Part shown: positions 36,401 through 49,552 of the stretch, piece by piece
Position numbering within the stretch: position 1 is the first letter of the stretch
How the letters are laid out: each line of letters begins with the position of its first letter
From: Eukaryota sp. GEM-RC1
Taxonomy: Eukaryota
DNA: 64,000 nucleotides
Reading direction: 5' to 3'
NCBI GenBank assembly: GCA_040285855.1
Contig: JAUFOQ010000016.1
Location: forward strand, 1,178,001 to 1,242,000
The notes under the pieces: model-generated
Told to the model about the DNA's origin: nothing
The model's database searches: none
What the model saw: the letters and a program-made list of their open reading frames with translations, nothing else
Made by a program: the position numbers and the translations under genes

Positions 36401-38823
36401 GTGAAACACAGCAAGATTCTGTGAATGTTGACTTAACTGACGACGGTTCAGTAGACGATCCTCTAACAAACAGTTCTAATGTTCAAGTTATTCTTTATGT
36501 TTCTATTCTTTTGGTGCTTCTTTCTGGTGGTGTCTTTTTCTCAGTTTACTCGTTCAACGATGACCATCAAGACTTCCCTTTGCCACACAATTTTCAATTT
36601 TTAAAGATTTATGCTCACTTTTTACTAGTGATTTAGACCTTGTCAGTCGAGTTTACTCCTTTATTAACACAAAGGATTCTTACTTCCTTTACGAGTATAG
36701 ATCACTTGAAAATTCCCTTCAACGACGTATCTTACTCACAGACCTACCTTCTAGACCTCAATTATCAAACGAGTTAAAGCAAAATATTGCTGCATTGTCA
36801 AATTCTAGATCTTGGCTACAACATTTTAATTCTATTGGTTTATTTTTGACTTGTAGTACAGTGAATGCCTCTGTTTGTGATGATTTAGCTGATTTTGACT
36901 ATGATTTAATGACTGAAACAGGTGTTTTTGCTGATTCTGTTGCTTTTACGGACAGTAACTGGTATTCCACTCCTGAAAATGATGCACAATTATCCGATTT
37001 AGAGATTTTAAAATTGTCTCGAGATGTAGTTACTTCTGATCGGTATTTTAATCGATTTTCTTCTCTTACCAATGGTTTCGGATCAGCTTTTCGTGTTCTA
37101 ACTAATATTATTTCCCTTGAACTAACCCATTTTTTTAACTTACGTGAATTTATTTGCACTTATGACCTCCATATTGGTCGCTTCAGCCCTCTTTGTGTCT
37201 ATTGTCTTAGTCTATATCTCCTTTAAACAACGTTCTGCTCTTTTCCGATATTTCTACGTTTCTTTGAATCTTGTGATTTGTTTTTGTTGTGTTTTAGTTC
37301 TGATACTTTTATTCATGAATAGATCCACCTCCCTAACTTGGCACAATGAGGCTGTTGATCATTTAGAAACACAACAGTCAGTTAAGGAGCTCATCCATGA
37401 GTTGAATCTTAACGTTATTAGTTCCATGCGGTTCGTTACTGCAAACATTGGAAACATTGATGCCTACAACACTGCTTGGTCTTACTACCGCTCTTTCGAT
37501 TCAAATATTCAAAAACTATCTGCAAATTCAAAATTTCAAGACCGTGTACTATCAGTTATTGATAGTTTTGAAAAACTGTCCTCACAACTGAAGATTTCCT
37601 TTTCCCTTGCTGTGTCTGCTTTCAATTTTCCTTCGGACGTGACCCCAGAACTAGAAGGATTCTCTTGGGATGTAACTAGTGATCCTAACTATGAGCTAAT
37701 CCAAATATTGCAACGTGACGTTTCTCTTGGTAATCGTTATACTAATACTTCATTTGACCTAAACAGACCTGTAAATGAACAACTTCACTTAGCTCGATTT
37801 CTTTTAAGTGGAAGATCTTTTATTGAATCTATTCAGACTGTTTTAAACGAGCTTGATTCCATTTCTAACGATCTTGTTGAGACTGTGATTGCTGATTCCA
37901 CATCATTGTCATCTGGATTGGACTCTTTCTATTTACAATCGCTAGTCCTGGTGATCGTCATCGCCTTATTTGCTTTGGCTCAAGTGATTGTTTGTGTTTT
38001 GCTGAGATCTAATACATCCCAGACTGCTGCTCACGTGAAACAGAAAATTGATCTCTTGTTAATCAGAAAGTTCCAAAAACAGAGCGTGATGGCTCTTGTT
38101 GTTGTTTCCATAGCTCTCTGCTCCTTCTTCGTCCTTACCATCTTTGGAGCCTCCTACCTCTCCGCCTTCCCTGAACAGATCCAACTCGCTGGTCTCAGAG
38201 CTTCTCTAGTTGATCGTTGTACCAGTGTTTATCTGGATGCTTATTCTCAACCTGAGATAAGGGAGCAGAGTTTCCACTTTTTAACAAGTTTATTGGATCA
38301 GTTGGAAGATGTTCATTCAAGTTTATTGTACACGACACCCTCTGGTTTAGTTGATTCTTCTGCAGGAAGACATAGCGAGCAATCAACTTTGATTTTTGAT
38401 ACAAGGTTCAATGAAAATCCCTACAATTCCACAACTCGTAATTTATTTGGTTTGAACTTCCTTTTATATCAATTTGTTCACGGCATGAGAGTTGTGATTA
38501 ATGGCGAAATAGATGCTGACTTTAGATCTAGTATCTTTCAACTAGTGGAAGTAGCCTATGCTCTTACTGACTTAGGCTTGGACTCTATAGACATTTATCA
38601 TTCTGAGATTACTACTGTAATAGCTTTACAACGGCTTTTTTCTGTTATTTTGTTGGTGGTGTTCGTTATTGTTGTGACATCTCTTTACATTCTCGTTTTT
38701 AGACGAATTTTAACAACTCTCACTGCCGAAGAAGAGATTTCTTTACATTTACTTTCAATGATTCCAGCCTCTGTAGTTGATGATAGTCCTCATATTCGGC
38801 AATTTATTTCACAATTTGGATGA
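33474..38823 (+). CDS. Large TmcB/TmcC-like (tiny macrocysts) multi-pass membrane protein; four apparent 1-nt frameshifts (about 35045, 36370, 36580, 37130)
   Basis: N-terminal multi-TM block with PFYN; FW...FPDNKELLTMYSLYLREV segment; repeated ER..VLNLFL.VP and LSMIP motifs. Confidence 0.75.
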
Positions 38824-38949
38824 TTTTTAGTTTTTGTATTCTAGTTTTAAATTTTATAGCATACACTCTGTGTGTTATACTCTCCATCATAGTTGTAAAA
38901 TACAAAAACAGTATTGTGTTGTATGTGTTGTATTCTGTATGTCTAATCT

Positions 38950-40000
38950 TGGTTTTTGCAATATTCCTATCATCGATTATTCTAATCAATGTTTTCGTTT
39001 CCTTAGCACATTTTTGGGAATTATGAGAAAATTCATTCAGAATTGGAGGGTTCATTAACTACAATTGAAGAAAAACTAAACCAAAAATTATCTTTAGATG
39101 TGAGTAAACATGTTTCTTTTGCCATGCTTCAGGTCTGTTTTGCAGGGAAAAATAATCATTTTTTACGTTCATTAGACTATTTCCTCACTGAAACATTTGC
39201 CAAGAAATTTAATTCTATTAGAACAAACTTTCTCTCTAACTTGGCTGAAATTGATGAGACTAAGATTCCATTTCATGCTTTTTATTCATCTGAATTCGCA
39301 GTGGTAGATATCACCCATGCAAAAATCATTAGAAAATCCTCTCTTTTAGGAGGTGTTAAGAATTTTATGTTTGAATTTTTGAAACGGTTTCCCTTGGTTG
39401 GAATCAATCTGTTGAATTCCAGTAATTGTCCTTGGATTCAATCTGCTAAAGATTTGGTATCATCTTTGTCTCCTGAATTGTGGGAATCGTTGTTCCCTGC
39501 TCATTTGAAGGAGACAACTTTAAAAATATTTAATCTCTACCGTCTACTGTATGTAAACTGCAAAATAAATTGACAAAGGAGTTTGAACTCTTCGACTTTG
39601 ATAATCGTATTAGCTTGGGTAAAACTAATAATCCCGAGTGCGCTGCTTTTTTAATGGACCTTTGTAATAGTGGACCTTCTGGATTGATTTCTCAAGTTCC
39701 AAAGGTGTTTGGATTACATCTATCTGATGAAGCTTGGATGATCAACATGCGTCTTCGTTTGACTATTTGGCCTGCAAATTTATTAAACTATTCAACTTGC
39801 TCGTGTGGAGCTAATGGTGTTTTTCGTCATTTTATTAATTGTCCTTATTTTATTCATCTACGTGCAGTAATTCATGATGGTGTACGTTATTCTGGCTATT
39901 CCATGTTTAAAACACATGGTTTTCAATCTAAAGTTGAACCAGTTTTGAATCATCTTTCAGAAAATGAATTTACTGATCAAAAGAGAGGGGATCCCCATAT
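38950..40000 (+). mobile_element. CRE-like retrotransposon fragment (end of RT through the zinc knuckle), truncated at a hAT-like insertion
   Basis: Near-identical to 11921-12605; carries RFLSTFLG, NHFLRS and KRGD. Confidence 0.85.
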
Positions 40001-41071
40001 TAGTGATCGTCAAACCGTAAAATAAAAATAGCTTATTTACGGAATTGCCGTAAATACGGTACGGTACCCTCTGTTGCTTTCCGTGAAATAGAGTTTCCCC
40101 TAGAATACGGAAATTATTTACGGTAAAACATTTCCGTAAAAAATATGTATTTTTGCGTACACAATGAAAAGACGATGGGTATCAAAAACTTCTTCACGAA
40201 GCTGGAAGACGCGCTGCATCCTTCCAGGTACCATATTGTAATCTCTTCTGACTGCTACCAGTGTAAGTACTGTCAACCCATTTTTTCGGTTGGATTAAGA
40301 AGGGTAAAGGATACACCGATCTTCTGTATCATGCCAAAACTGATCATTTATATGACTAACAAAGTTTTGAATCTTCAGAACATCAAAAATATGTCGAGTT
40401 GTCTGACAGTATTGGTTTGTCTATTAAATATAAAAAGTGTCTAGTTATTGGACGATCTCATGTTGACATGGTCTTCCAAAATACTATTATCCCTTTTAAT
40501 ATTCCCCATCTATACTAGACTCCTTAAAAGAACATTACTAGCTTACATCCGCGAACTTCATTGCGCAACTTCCTCTGGGAGACTTACGAAATCTAATAGC
40601 CCATTTGGAAAGTCATCAAAGTGAAGCACTTTCATTTTATTACTCTAAGGTCGGATTATCGGACCTTACTAATAAAAACTCCAAAGGTCTTCCACAGTGT
40701 GAAATTAAGCGTAAGAACAAGACCCTTACTTCAGTTGTTACATTTCATTAACTTTCCGGAATAAATTTTGTTCATCATTGTGATGTTGTGATGTTAAATC
40801 ACAAATATCACAAAAATATTGCTTGTGATGGAATTGTTGTGACTCACAAAATGACAAAGTCAAATTTTTGTGGTTCTCAACTATGTTTAGGAGGCATGAA
40901 AAAACAATATTTTGTATTCTCAGTAATTTCTCATATGGTAACTTTTACCATAAATATTTTCCGTATTTTTACAGTTTCCATATTTTACGGAAACCGAGTA
41001 TAACGTCGTACCATAATTTACGGTAGTGTACGGCAAATATTGTACGGTACACTATTTTTTATACATTACTG
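40001..41071 (+). mobile_element. hAT deletion derivative with a BED zinc-finger relic
   Basis: Right end is an inverted copy of the terminus at 6164. YQCKYC followed, after a frameshift, by GKGYTDLLYHAKTDH. No TSD. Confidence 0.8.
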
Positions 41072-41157
41072 GAGCCCTCAAAAAAAAGAAAACGCCCTTT
41101 ATTTACTCTTACTAATACAAACTATCGTCATTATTAACAAATGATTAATTCTGCTGA

Positions 41158-43937
41158 ATGTTTCCAAATCCAGTATCTCCCTCTACTTCTCGGATACGGG
41201 AGCAGAAACATCTTTCAAATGATGTTGGATTACGTCGTTCACGTCCTTTACCGCGTTCTCTTGAATCTGCAACTCAGAGAGATCTAGAGCTTATTGGAAG
41301 GGCATTCTCCAAGTACACTTCTTCTGTGACCTTTCCTGAGTTTCTTACGTGTCTCCGAGAGGGTATATCAATCTCTGAAGAAGCAGCACATACGGTTTTT
41401 GAATCTATTGATGTCTCAAATACCTTCTCAGTTTCATGGGCTGATTTCTGCAGTTTTACGTCTCAGTTTTTTGAAAGGGATGTTCCTGTCCAGCATGCCC
41501 TCTTTTCAGCCACCCCTACTTCACCATCTCACTCTTCCACTAGGGAAATAGGTACTCTGACAGCTATTACTGATAAAAATCTTGTTTTAAGTTGTGGTTC
41601 TGATGGATATCTTCGTTTATGGCCTGCACTTCCCCCTTCAAACCATGTTAACCCCAAACCAAAAGCTGTTCTACCCTGCCCTGGACCACCCTCTGAGCTT
41701 CCCCGTAAGTCTGCTTCTTCAAAAGCTGAATCTGATCTACTACGAGTTTCCGTAGATTCTGAATGTATCATTGGCCAAGGTCACAAACCTTTCACTTTTC
41801 CTACGTCCTCCCGCTCTGAACAACTGGACTTTTGCATTGGGCACAGTCCCACAAGACCAGAAATCACATAGACCTTCCATCACTGGCATCCCAACTTCCA
41901 AACACTCGTCCTCCAATCGACGCTCCCTACTACGTTACTCCCCTAACCTCAAGTTCATGTCTTCCCTTACACACATTGGTCGTGGTTCCTCAACTGATCC
42001 CAAGGAGTCAACTGAAGTCAAGAAAGGTATTGACCCCTCTCTAGTCGACGCTGCCACTGCTCTTCCCTGCATTGACTTCAAGAAACTTCCCCCCTCTGAT
42101 TCTCCTTCTAACCAAGCCAAATCTTATGGTGCTTGGGCAGTATCATCTGTCCATGTCCCCCACCATTCCAAGATCTTCATCTCAACCCTCTCCTCCTCCC
42201 TCCTTGTTCTCTCTGACGACTACTTTAGTGAGGTTTCCCACTTCCGTATCCCCCGCATCTCCCCTAACGATGACCTCCCTTTCAAACCATCCTTCTTTCT
42301 TCGTTCTTGGTGATACTGGTGGATATGCATGTCTTTGGGATGTGAACATGAACTTAATAGTCGCAGCCAATAGACTTCACCCACAGGCCTTTGTCTCTGC
42401 TTCTTGTTCCGCTTTCCCTTCGAGTGTCATGACTGCTGGCAACGACGGATCTCTCATCCTCTCTGATGTTGAACGTCTATCAGCTGTTCGAGTGTTCAAC
42501 TCTCGTCAAACACGTGCCATCTACGCTCTTGACCATCACCCTTCCCTCCACGTTGCTGCTTTCGGAGGACTTGAACGAAGGATTGGTCTGATTGATCCTT
42601 ATGTCGCCACTCCAGTTGGATTACTCGAAGGTCACTCGAGCCCTATTCTATCCGTAGGCTTTAGTCACGAGTACAACAACTCTAACTTCTTGGTATCCTC
42701 TGCAATGGACAAAACAGTCAAGCTTTGGGATATTAGAATGATGAAGTGTTTACAAACTGAGAGAGATTGTTCTCGGCATATTCCTGTTGATGAGTTTAAG
42801 TCTTCTGTATTCATTAGAGGTCAAGAGAAGTCTCCAAACCTGGGGCTGATGGTGACTGCTGGTTCTACGATTAGAATGTGGCCCTTGAGTTATGATAGTA
42901 TCGGTCTTGCTAGGTCTCATGATCGTCCAATCAAAATTGATGGGGCAATTGTAGCGTTTCTCTTTAGTTCTTCTTTTAATGTTTTTTGTGCTATTCATGC
43001 TGATTATAACATGTTTCTGTATGAGTTGTCTGGAGACAAGCTGGTACAAAAGAATCGTCTAATGATTAAATCCTGTGAAGGAAAGGTCACGTCAGCATGT
43101 TGTCAGAATGACGGTCGATTGATTTTGGTTACAAATGATAAGGGGAATGTGTATTTCGTTCATATTTTGACTGGAGCTGTCTTGAGCACGTTACCACCTC
43201 TCTTCGATGACATCACCCAAATCAAAAATTTAAATAATTTATCTTTTTACGGTTCAGTTTGTATCGGGTGTCACGGGTTAGTTTGCCTAATCCCCCTTTA
43301 CGCTTGCCTCTTACTTGAGGAAACCCCTTCAAAGTCCACCACTGAAAGCAAAGGAGTTCCCGCTCTTCTTGAAGAAGTCCACGGAAGTCAAGATGTGATT
43401 GCTGTTGATTTCCTGGAATCTGACTCAATCCTGGTAACAGCTGATGCTGAAGGTCTAGTTGCAGTTTGGAATCTCAGGTTTCGAACCGTTGATTACACGT
43501 TTACATTCAACACCTTTGTTACTCAGATCTGCATTCTCCCTAACAGAAACTCTGATGGAAGTGCTGACGTGATTGTGACCACTGGAAGATCTCAAGAGTT
43601 AGACTCTGATTCAGTAATGCTAGGATCAGAGATTTGGCATATCAAACTGTCAAATGGGAGTCCTGTTGCTTATTCAATGGGTCTTTTGCAGAGGTCTCCT
43701 ATAGATATTCAAATTTGTGAGGGGTTTTTAATTGTTTTGGATGCTTCAGGCAAGTTTTTAGTTTTTAATATTGAGTATAACGCTGACGTGATGCGATTAT
43801 TCCAAATTACTAGCAAGAATTTGCCCAATGTGAATTACAGCGGGTTTTATATTTCTGCTGGGCAACGAGTTTTGATTGTCTATGGGGAATCTCTGCAAAT
43901 TGTTCCTCTTGATTCGTTAATATGTTGCTCACTCTAA
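41158..43937 (+). CDS. EF-hand plus WD40 protein (WDR49/WDR64-like); frameshifts near 41790 and 42250
   Basis: FESIDVSNTFSVSWADF EF-hand; IDPYVATPVGLLEGH; SSAMDKTVKLWD..KCLQT. Confidence 0.7.
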
Positions 43938-44341
43938 GTTTGTTTGATCTTTATCATCAAATTCTTACTTTTCTCTAGTCTGGATCAGTTCCAGAATGGT
44001 TTCTAGTGTTGTTTTCGAATATTCATTGACTCTGTCTTTTCTGCTAATGTTTTTTTAAAAATTGTATCCTTACTTTCAAATTCAATTATTATTTGGGGTT
44101 TAACACCGTAGTTGGCTTTAGTTTTCTTAGAGATAATGAAAAGTGGTTGTCATGAAGCATTCTTCATGTATTTCTCAATTTAATTTCACATAATATTAAG
44201 ACAATGTTGTCTTTTTTGGTCGATAAATGTATTTAAAGATGTGTCTGTTTTATAATGTACATGTTGATATTTTCTGAAATGAAGATCCTTAAACACTCAA
44301 TGGAAGTTGTGTCAAATTAACATAAATCAATCTAGATCCTC

Positions 44342-44779
44342 ATGGTCCGTTTCAAATCTCGTTATCTTCTCTGTGAGATATTCTGGGAATCAGGGCTCAA
44401 CAATGCTCATTCTGACTCTAATACATTCAAAATGTCTATTAAAAAGGCCATTGATTCTTGCTTTGGTGCTTATGGGCTTGGGTTGTGCCAATCCTCTCTT
44501 AATGTTAAATACTTCAACAATGTGACCAATCTGTCTATTGTCAAGATCTCCCGAGACCATTTTCAATCTCTTTGGGTTGCACTGACTTTGATTCGGAACT
44601 TTGCTGGTCAGCGATGTGCTATTAGAGTTATACATACTGGTGGTTCTATGCGTTCTTGTCAAAAAGCTGCTTTAGAACATAGTAGACGACTGTACAAAAT
44701 CCTTGTTACTGATACTGATCTGACCACCAGCCATTGTTATCTGGACCAGGAGAAGACTATCTTGCAGCTGGATCCGTAG
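44342..44779 (+). CDS. POP5: RNase P/MRP subunit Pop5
   Basis: MVRFKSRYLLCEI, FGAYG, VKYFN and IHTGGSMRSCQKA. Confidence 0.93.
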   Translation: MVRFKSRYLLCEIFWESGLNNAHSDSNTFKMSIKKAIDSCFGAYGLGLCQSSLNVKYFNNVTNLSIVKISRDHFQSLWVALTLIRNFAGQRCAIRVIHTGGSMRSCQKAALEHSRRLYKILVTDTDLTTSHCYLDQEKTILQLDP

Positions 44780-45509
44780 TTCTCTCTTCTACATGCAATT
44801 CATTACATTCTTTGGGTTTTTTTCTTGCCAGATAGTCTCCTTTGCTGGTTTCTGTGTGGATTTTTCTGGTACCTTAGGGTTTGTGTTCGTCTTCTCCGCT
44901 CCGATTTTATTGAATCATTGATCAATTTCTTTTTGTATTCTCCTCGTCGATTTCAAGCAGTTCTTGAAGACGGGACCGTGACATGTATTTTGAATTTATT
45001 GATCTCTCTTTCTTTACTACTAAAATGAAGTTCTGTAATATTTGATTTAATAATAAAATTACACATCTATCCAACATAATCTGTATACTGCTACAAATTG
45101 ATGGTTTAAACCAGCAATCACATCCATTACATCCTCATATTCTATATCGTACATAAGACTCTTTTCTCTAACAGAACTATGGATTGTTTCACCAGAGTGA
45201 GTATATTATGTATGTTGAGCTATAGGTGAGTGGATCGAATAGTATTGTACGGTACATTGAATTATTGTTTGTTTAAGTATTTCTTAATACTATATGTACT
45301 TCAATTATAATGTACAACAAAGGATCTTAAATAAAGCAGAAAATACTCCATCTGATCGTGGTTTGAATAATTGTATGGCAGTTTTACATCGAGTTTTTGT
45401 TACATTGTTTGTTGAGTTACTGATGTACAACACGATATACTGATGTACTTTCGGTGTAAAATAGTTATTTTCTGTACTCAGAAAGCAAACTACTAGTATA
45501 CAAGTTTGA

Positions 45510-45580
45510 CCTCTGCCCTTTCCAAATTTTAAAGTTAAGTAAAATAGAATAAAGTCACTTTACTACTTTAGTGAATCCTA
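45510..45580. mobile_element. Solo terminus of the 6856-7457 TIR family
   Basis: GTCACTTTACTACTTTAGTGAATCCTA matches the inner element terminus; lies 35 bp upstream of a gene start. Confidence 0.6.
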
Positions 45581-45614
45581 AAACGAAGATTTTCTTCAAA
45601 CCAACCCGATTCAA

Positions 45615-46166
45615 ATGCACTACTTCTTGCTTCTTCTTCTTGTTGCAGTCACTCTTGCACATGTTACTCTCAAGGGACAAGTTCACAATGTTCACTCTCA
45701 CTCATCTGCTAATATTTATGTGAACGCCAAATTGCATAGCAAAGTCTCAACCTCTGGCAGATTCCTTCTTGTCTTGAATGAAAACGATCGGTTCCTTGTT
45801 GAATGTAGTCATCCTGATTTCATCTTTGGTATCAAAACCATTATTACTTCATCTAATCAGACGTTTGTACCTGGAGTAGTATCTAACAAACCTCTAACAC
45901 GCTTAGTTTTTAGTCCATTAGAAAGTGCAGTGGTTCCTGAGATCGATACAAAACAACTTATCATTACATTCTTGAAACGTCCTTTAGTCATTGCAATCGG
46001 TGTCTTCCTTTTCTCTGTCATTGGACTACGCCTGTGTACTGTTGGTATGAGTCCAGAAGAACGTGAGCAGCTTCAAGCCAATACTGGTCATATTGACCCT
46101 CAAAACCCTCTTTCTCTACTCAAGTTGTTCAATACTCAGCCTGCAAGTGAGACGTCGACAAGATGA
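45615..46166 (+). CDS. Type I membrane protein, EMC7-like
   Basis: Signal peptide, beta-sandwich-like region (GRF..VECSHPDFIF), TM, then MSPEEREQ. Confidence 0.55.
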   Translation: MHYFLLLLLVAVTLAHVTLKGQVHNVHSHSSANIYVNAKLHSKVSTSGRFLLVLNENDRFLVECSHPDFIFGIKTIITSSNQTFVPGVVSNKPLTRLVFSPLESAVVPEIDTKQLIITFLKRPLVIAIGVFLFSVIGLRLCTVGMSPEEREQLQANTGHIDPQNPLSLLKLFNTQPASETSTR

Positions 46167-46314
46167 GTCCAGTACTTCTTGTTTACTGGTTTTCTTAGTT
46201 CATTTAACAAAGGTTCAACACTAGAATTGTGTTGATGATATTTTGTTTGATCATCCAGATATTATACTACTAGTAGTGTGTTGTCCATAAAATAGAATAC
46301 TTTAAATAGTTTGT

Positions 46315-47656
46315 TTAGACAGAGAACTTAGCCGATATACGATGCATAGAACACAAAAACTCCAGCCTAAACTTTGCATCAAAAGCAGCTTTACTAAATG
46401 GACAAACATGGTGGACAATACAACCATCAACCACCGCACAATGAAGTACTGGTTTAGTAGAAGGATTCAAGAGATTAGAAAAACAACTAAAAGAACACAG
46501 CGACGACGAAAAACAAGAGTGAAAAGCACTCCAAAATCCTGACTGACCTCCACGTGTCAATTGATTCGATTGATCACGTGCTTGTTGTGGACTTTTAGTG
46601 TTCAAAATGTTATAAACCTCCTGTTTCATTAGATCCGGGGAGACCATCTCACAATATTTACAAATAAAAGTACTATCTAATAAATCCTCAATTCTTCTTG
46701 ATATTCGGGGAAGAGTAAGTAGAGTAGACATTCTATTAACAGCGACCACTGAATGAGCAACTGAAATACCGGAATGACGTGAGCTAACTAGCTGATGATT
46801 CATTTGATCAACTGACAGCAAAACTTCCTTTAAAAGGTTGAGTTCATGAGACATTAATGAATCTAGCCGATTATACACCAATGATGACCAATTCCGCAGA
46901 TAGAGAAGCTGTCGTTGAAGTGCTACCAGTCGTAGATACACTTGAAGGGATGACGGCGGTTTCCTTTTTCTTCTTCTTTTCTACAGATTCTATCTTACGA
47001 AAAGGTCGTAGTGGAGAGGTGTCGTCAGGGGGAGGGACTGGTCGTAAATGGGGGATAACAGGAGCTTTGATTTTACGTCGTTTGGATTTCCAATAATCAA
47101 CAACTAGTGGTGAACTAACATGAAGAGATTCAGGGAGGAGTTTCTCTAGAATTTGTTCAAAATCAACAAGAGAAGAAGGTTCTGTAGAGAAGGGAGAATG
47201 ATGGTGGGCAACAGATTCCAATGATTCTACACAATTCTCAAAAGTGTCCTCAGGAATATTGATATCGTAGGAGTTGAGAAGAGTAGATAAGAATTGGTGA
47301 TCTTCTTCGTCAAGATCATAGACGATTGAATCATGAGGGAGTAATGGATGGTGAACAAAACAGGCTGGCTGAACCCATAAGGAAGGGTATGAAGGAGGTT
47401 CAACTATTGATACATTGGGAACAGGGATGATAAGTCCTTTAAGAGTTACTCCTCCCCGTTCTTCTGCTTTGATAAACGACTCGATATGGACTTCACGAAG
47501 CTCCTCCTGTTCGATTCCATGAACAGAAGTGACAGAAGTGACTGAGAGAGGAACAGTGGAAGAAAAATGAGCGACATTTTCAGCTTCACTGCCGGTTACA
47601 ACATGCAAAGGCTTGTTATAATCGACAGGACGGACTCTTAAGGAAGTCGATGCCAT
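46315..47656 (-). CDS. Enhancer of polycomb-like (EPC/Epl1); frameshift near 46870-46940
   Basis: RVRPVDYNKPL, YDLDEEDHQFL and DYWKSKRR...PFRK. Confidence 0.8.
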
Positions 47657-48116
47657 AAAAGTAGAAGATTACAAGAGTGTGTTGAGATGTCTCAGTAGAT
47701 TGGACTCGGAAAATTTACACAAAAAAAAGTAAATTGTGAAATTGGTCTAGGTTAAGCATTCCAGATTGTTTATCGATAAGTTCCAGTTATTGTGAGTTGT
47801 AAAGAACAACTCCCGTGCTAATGAATAGAATTTAACCAATTGTATTATGTAGATCAATTGTAGCAAAATAGAAGGAAATGAATACTAGTAAATAATTTCG
47901 TGTCTTAATTTATTGATTTCTTGTTGTGGGTTTTTACGCACATAAATCCGTTTTAACTTCGTGTATATATGGTTATGGAAGAGTAGACAAAGAATTTTCC
48001 TGATCAAAGAGTGATCTGATCCCACATCTTTTGAGACTTGGAAGCGTCTTTAAGAAGTAAAACCTCAGAAGTTTAGGATGATTACTACTGCAAAATGGGG
48101 AAAATTCTTCTTCCCA

Positions 48117-49217
48117 ATGTTCAAGGGCAAGACCTCACTCGAATTAGATCTTTCAAACTATGATGCCCTTGTATTCGACCTTGATCATTGTCTTGTTGAA
48201 TATCACCAATCGAATTTGTCAGATTTAGTCCATTACTGCATTTTTCAGTTTCTTGTCAATGACGAGAATTACCCAGCATATATCAAGGACTTCTCCTTTC
48301 AGAGTTCTATCGCAGACAGAGGTGTTATCCTATGTTCTAAAACTGGTAACCTTCTGTGGTTGGATAAATCTCTTAACGTTCTGAAAACTGTTCATGGATT
48401 TGAGGAGGTTAATTCTGATTCACTGACCCTCACAAACAAGGATCTTCTATCCACCAACAACCAATACTTCCCCATTCCAACTTACTTTGAACGAGCTATT
48501 GCTTCAGCATTCTGTGTACTTGTTCACTTACACGATACGCATAATTTGAAGCCTGTTACTACCCACTCACGGCCTGTCCGACCTTTAAAAGGGAAATATT
48601 CTAGTTTTCTATTGTCTATACTCAACGCTATGAAGTTTAACTTCTGGGATTTTCATAGCGGGTATTATTATAGAGAATTTGAAAAGGATCCTTTTAAATA
48701 TGTTAAAGTTAACAAAAACGTTGGGAATTGGCTTAGATCAATGAAGGCAGTTACCTCCCTGGGTTTAATCACCAATTCCACAAAGGAATATGCCTGCTTT
48801 CTCTTAAAGAACTGTTTGGGGTTTGATTGGAGTGAGTTTGATTTTGCCATATTCAAGGCTGGTAAGCCTTATTTCTGGACAAGTGATCATAACTTAGGCC
48901 CAATAGCTGACTGTCTTACCAAAAAGTCTGAAAAACTCGCGTGTCGATGTCTCATGGTTGGTGACCATCCTATTGGTGATGTTGCTCTCCCATCTCAAAT
49001 TGGAATAATAGACATGGGTGCGATTCGTCTGAAGTTTGATTCTCTAGGCATTGTAGAAGATGAATGTGTGTATGAAGATGAAGTTATCGATGCAATCTCT
49101 TTTAAGGAGAATTATTTCTTCGAGGTGGTAGTCCAAAATTCTTTATTTTTTACATCATCCATATCAAACCTTCTAGATTACACAGAGAAATTGGCAATAG
49201 AATTATACAGTAGATAA
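48117..49217 (+). CDS. HAD-superfamily 5'-nucleotidase (NT5DC-like)
   Basis: FDLDHCLVEY, LITNS, AGKPYF and VGDHPIGDV. Alternative ATG at 48078. Confidence 0.85.
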   Translation: MFKGKTSLELDLSNYDALVFDLDHCLVEYHQSNLSDLVHYCIFQFLVNDENYPAYIKDFSFQSSIADRGVILCSKTGNLLWLDKSLNVLKTVHGFEEVNSDSLTLTNKDLLSTNNQYFPIPTYFERAIASAFCVLVHLHDTHNLKPVTTHSRPVRPLKGKYSSFLLSILNAMKFNFWDFHSGYYYREFEKDPFKYVKVNKNVGNWLRSMKAVTSLGLITNSTKEYACFLLKNCLGFDWSEFDFAIFKAGKPYFWTSDHNLGPIADCLTKKSEKLACRCLMVGDHPIGDVALPSQIGIIDMGAIRLKFDSLGIVEDECVYEDEVIDAISFKENYFFEVVVQNSLFFTSSISNLLDYTEKLAIELYSR

Positions 49218-49231
49218 TAAAAATTAACATG

Positions 49232-49552
49232 TCAATTCTCCAGTCGGACTTCCAATACTGTGGGCGTATCAGGAGAAATGGTGTCATAGTCGTTTAATGA
49301 CATTGGTTCTATAAGGCGGTTATCATTTAGATAAAGACCAAATGAAACACCGTCAAAGAAGTCGGGGTCCAGTCGGATAAGTACAAACTTGACATATTCG
49401 ACGGTTTGTGAAAAGGGTGTTGAGATGGAAGAAGTGGTTCCATTGGGGAAGGATATAGAGAGTGAAATATGTCCTTCAGCAGCTCTCTCCTCATCCTGAT
49501 CGAAGTAGATGTGTTGCTGTTCAGAGACTGAGAGAGGAGTTGTGTTTTCCAT
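49232..49552 (-). CDS. Small ubiquitin-like domain protein
   Basis: QTVEYVK...LYLND..LIEPMSLNDY, a beta-grasp-like pattern. Confidence 0.55.
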   Translation of the reverse strand: MENTTPLSVSEQQHIYFDQDEERAAEGHISLSISFPNGTTSSISTPFSQTVEYVKFVLIRLDPDFFDGVSFGLYLNDNRLIEPMSLNDYDTISPDTPTVLEVRLEN

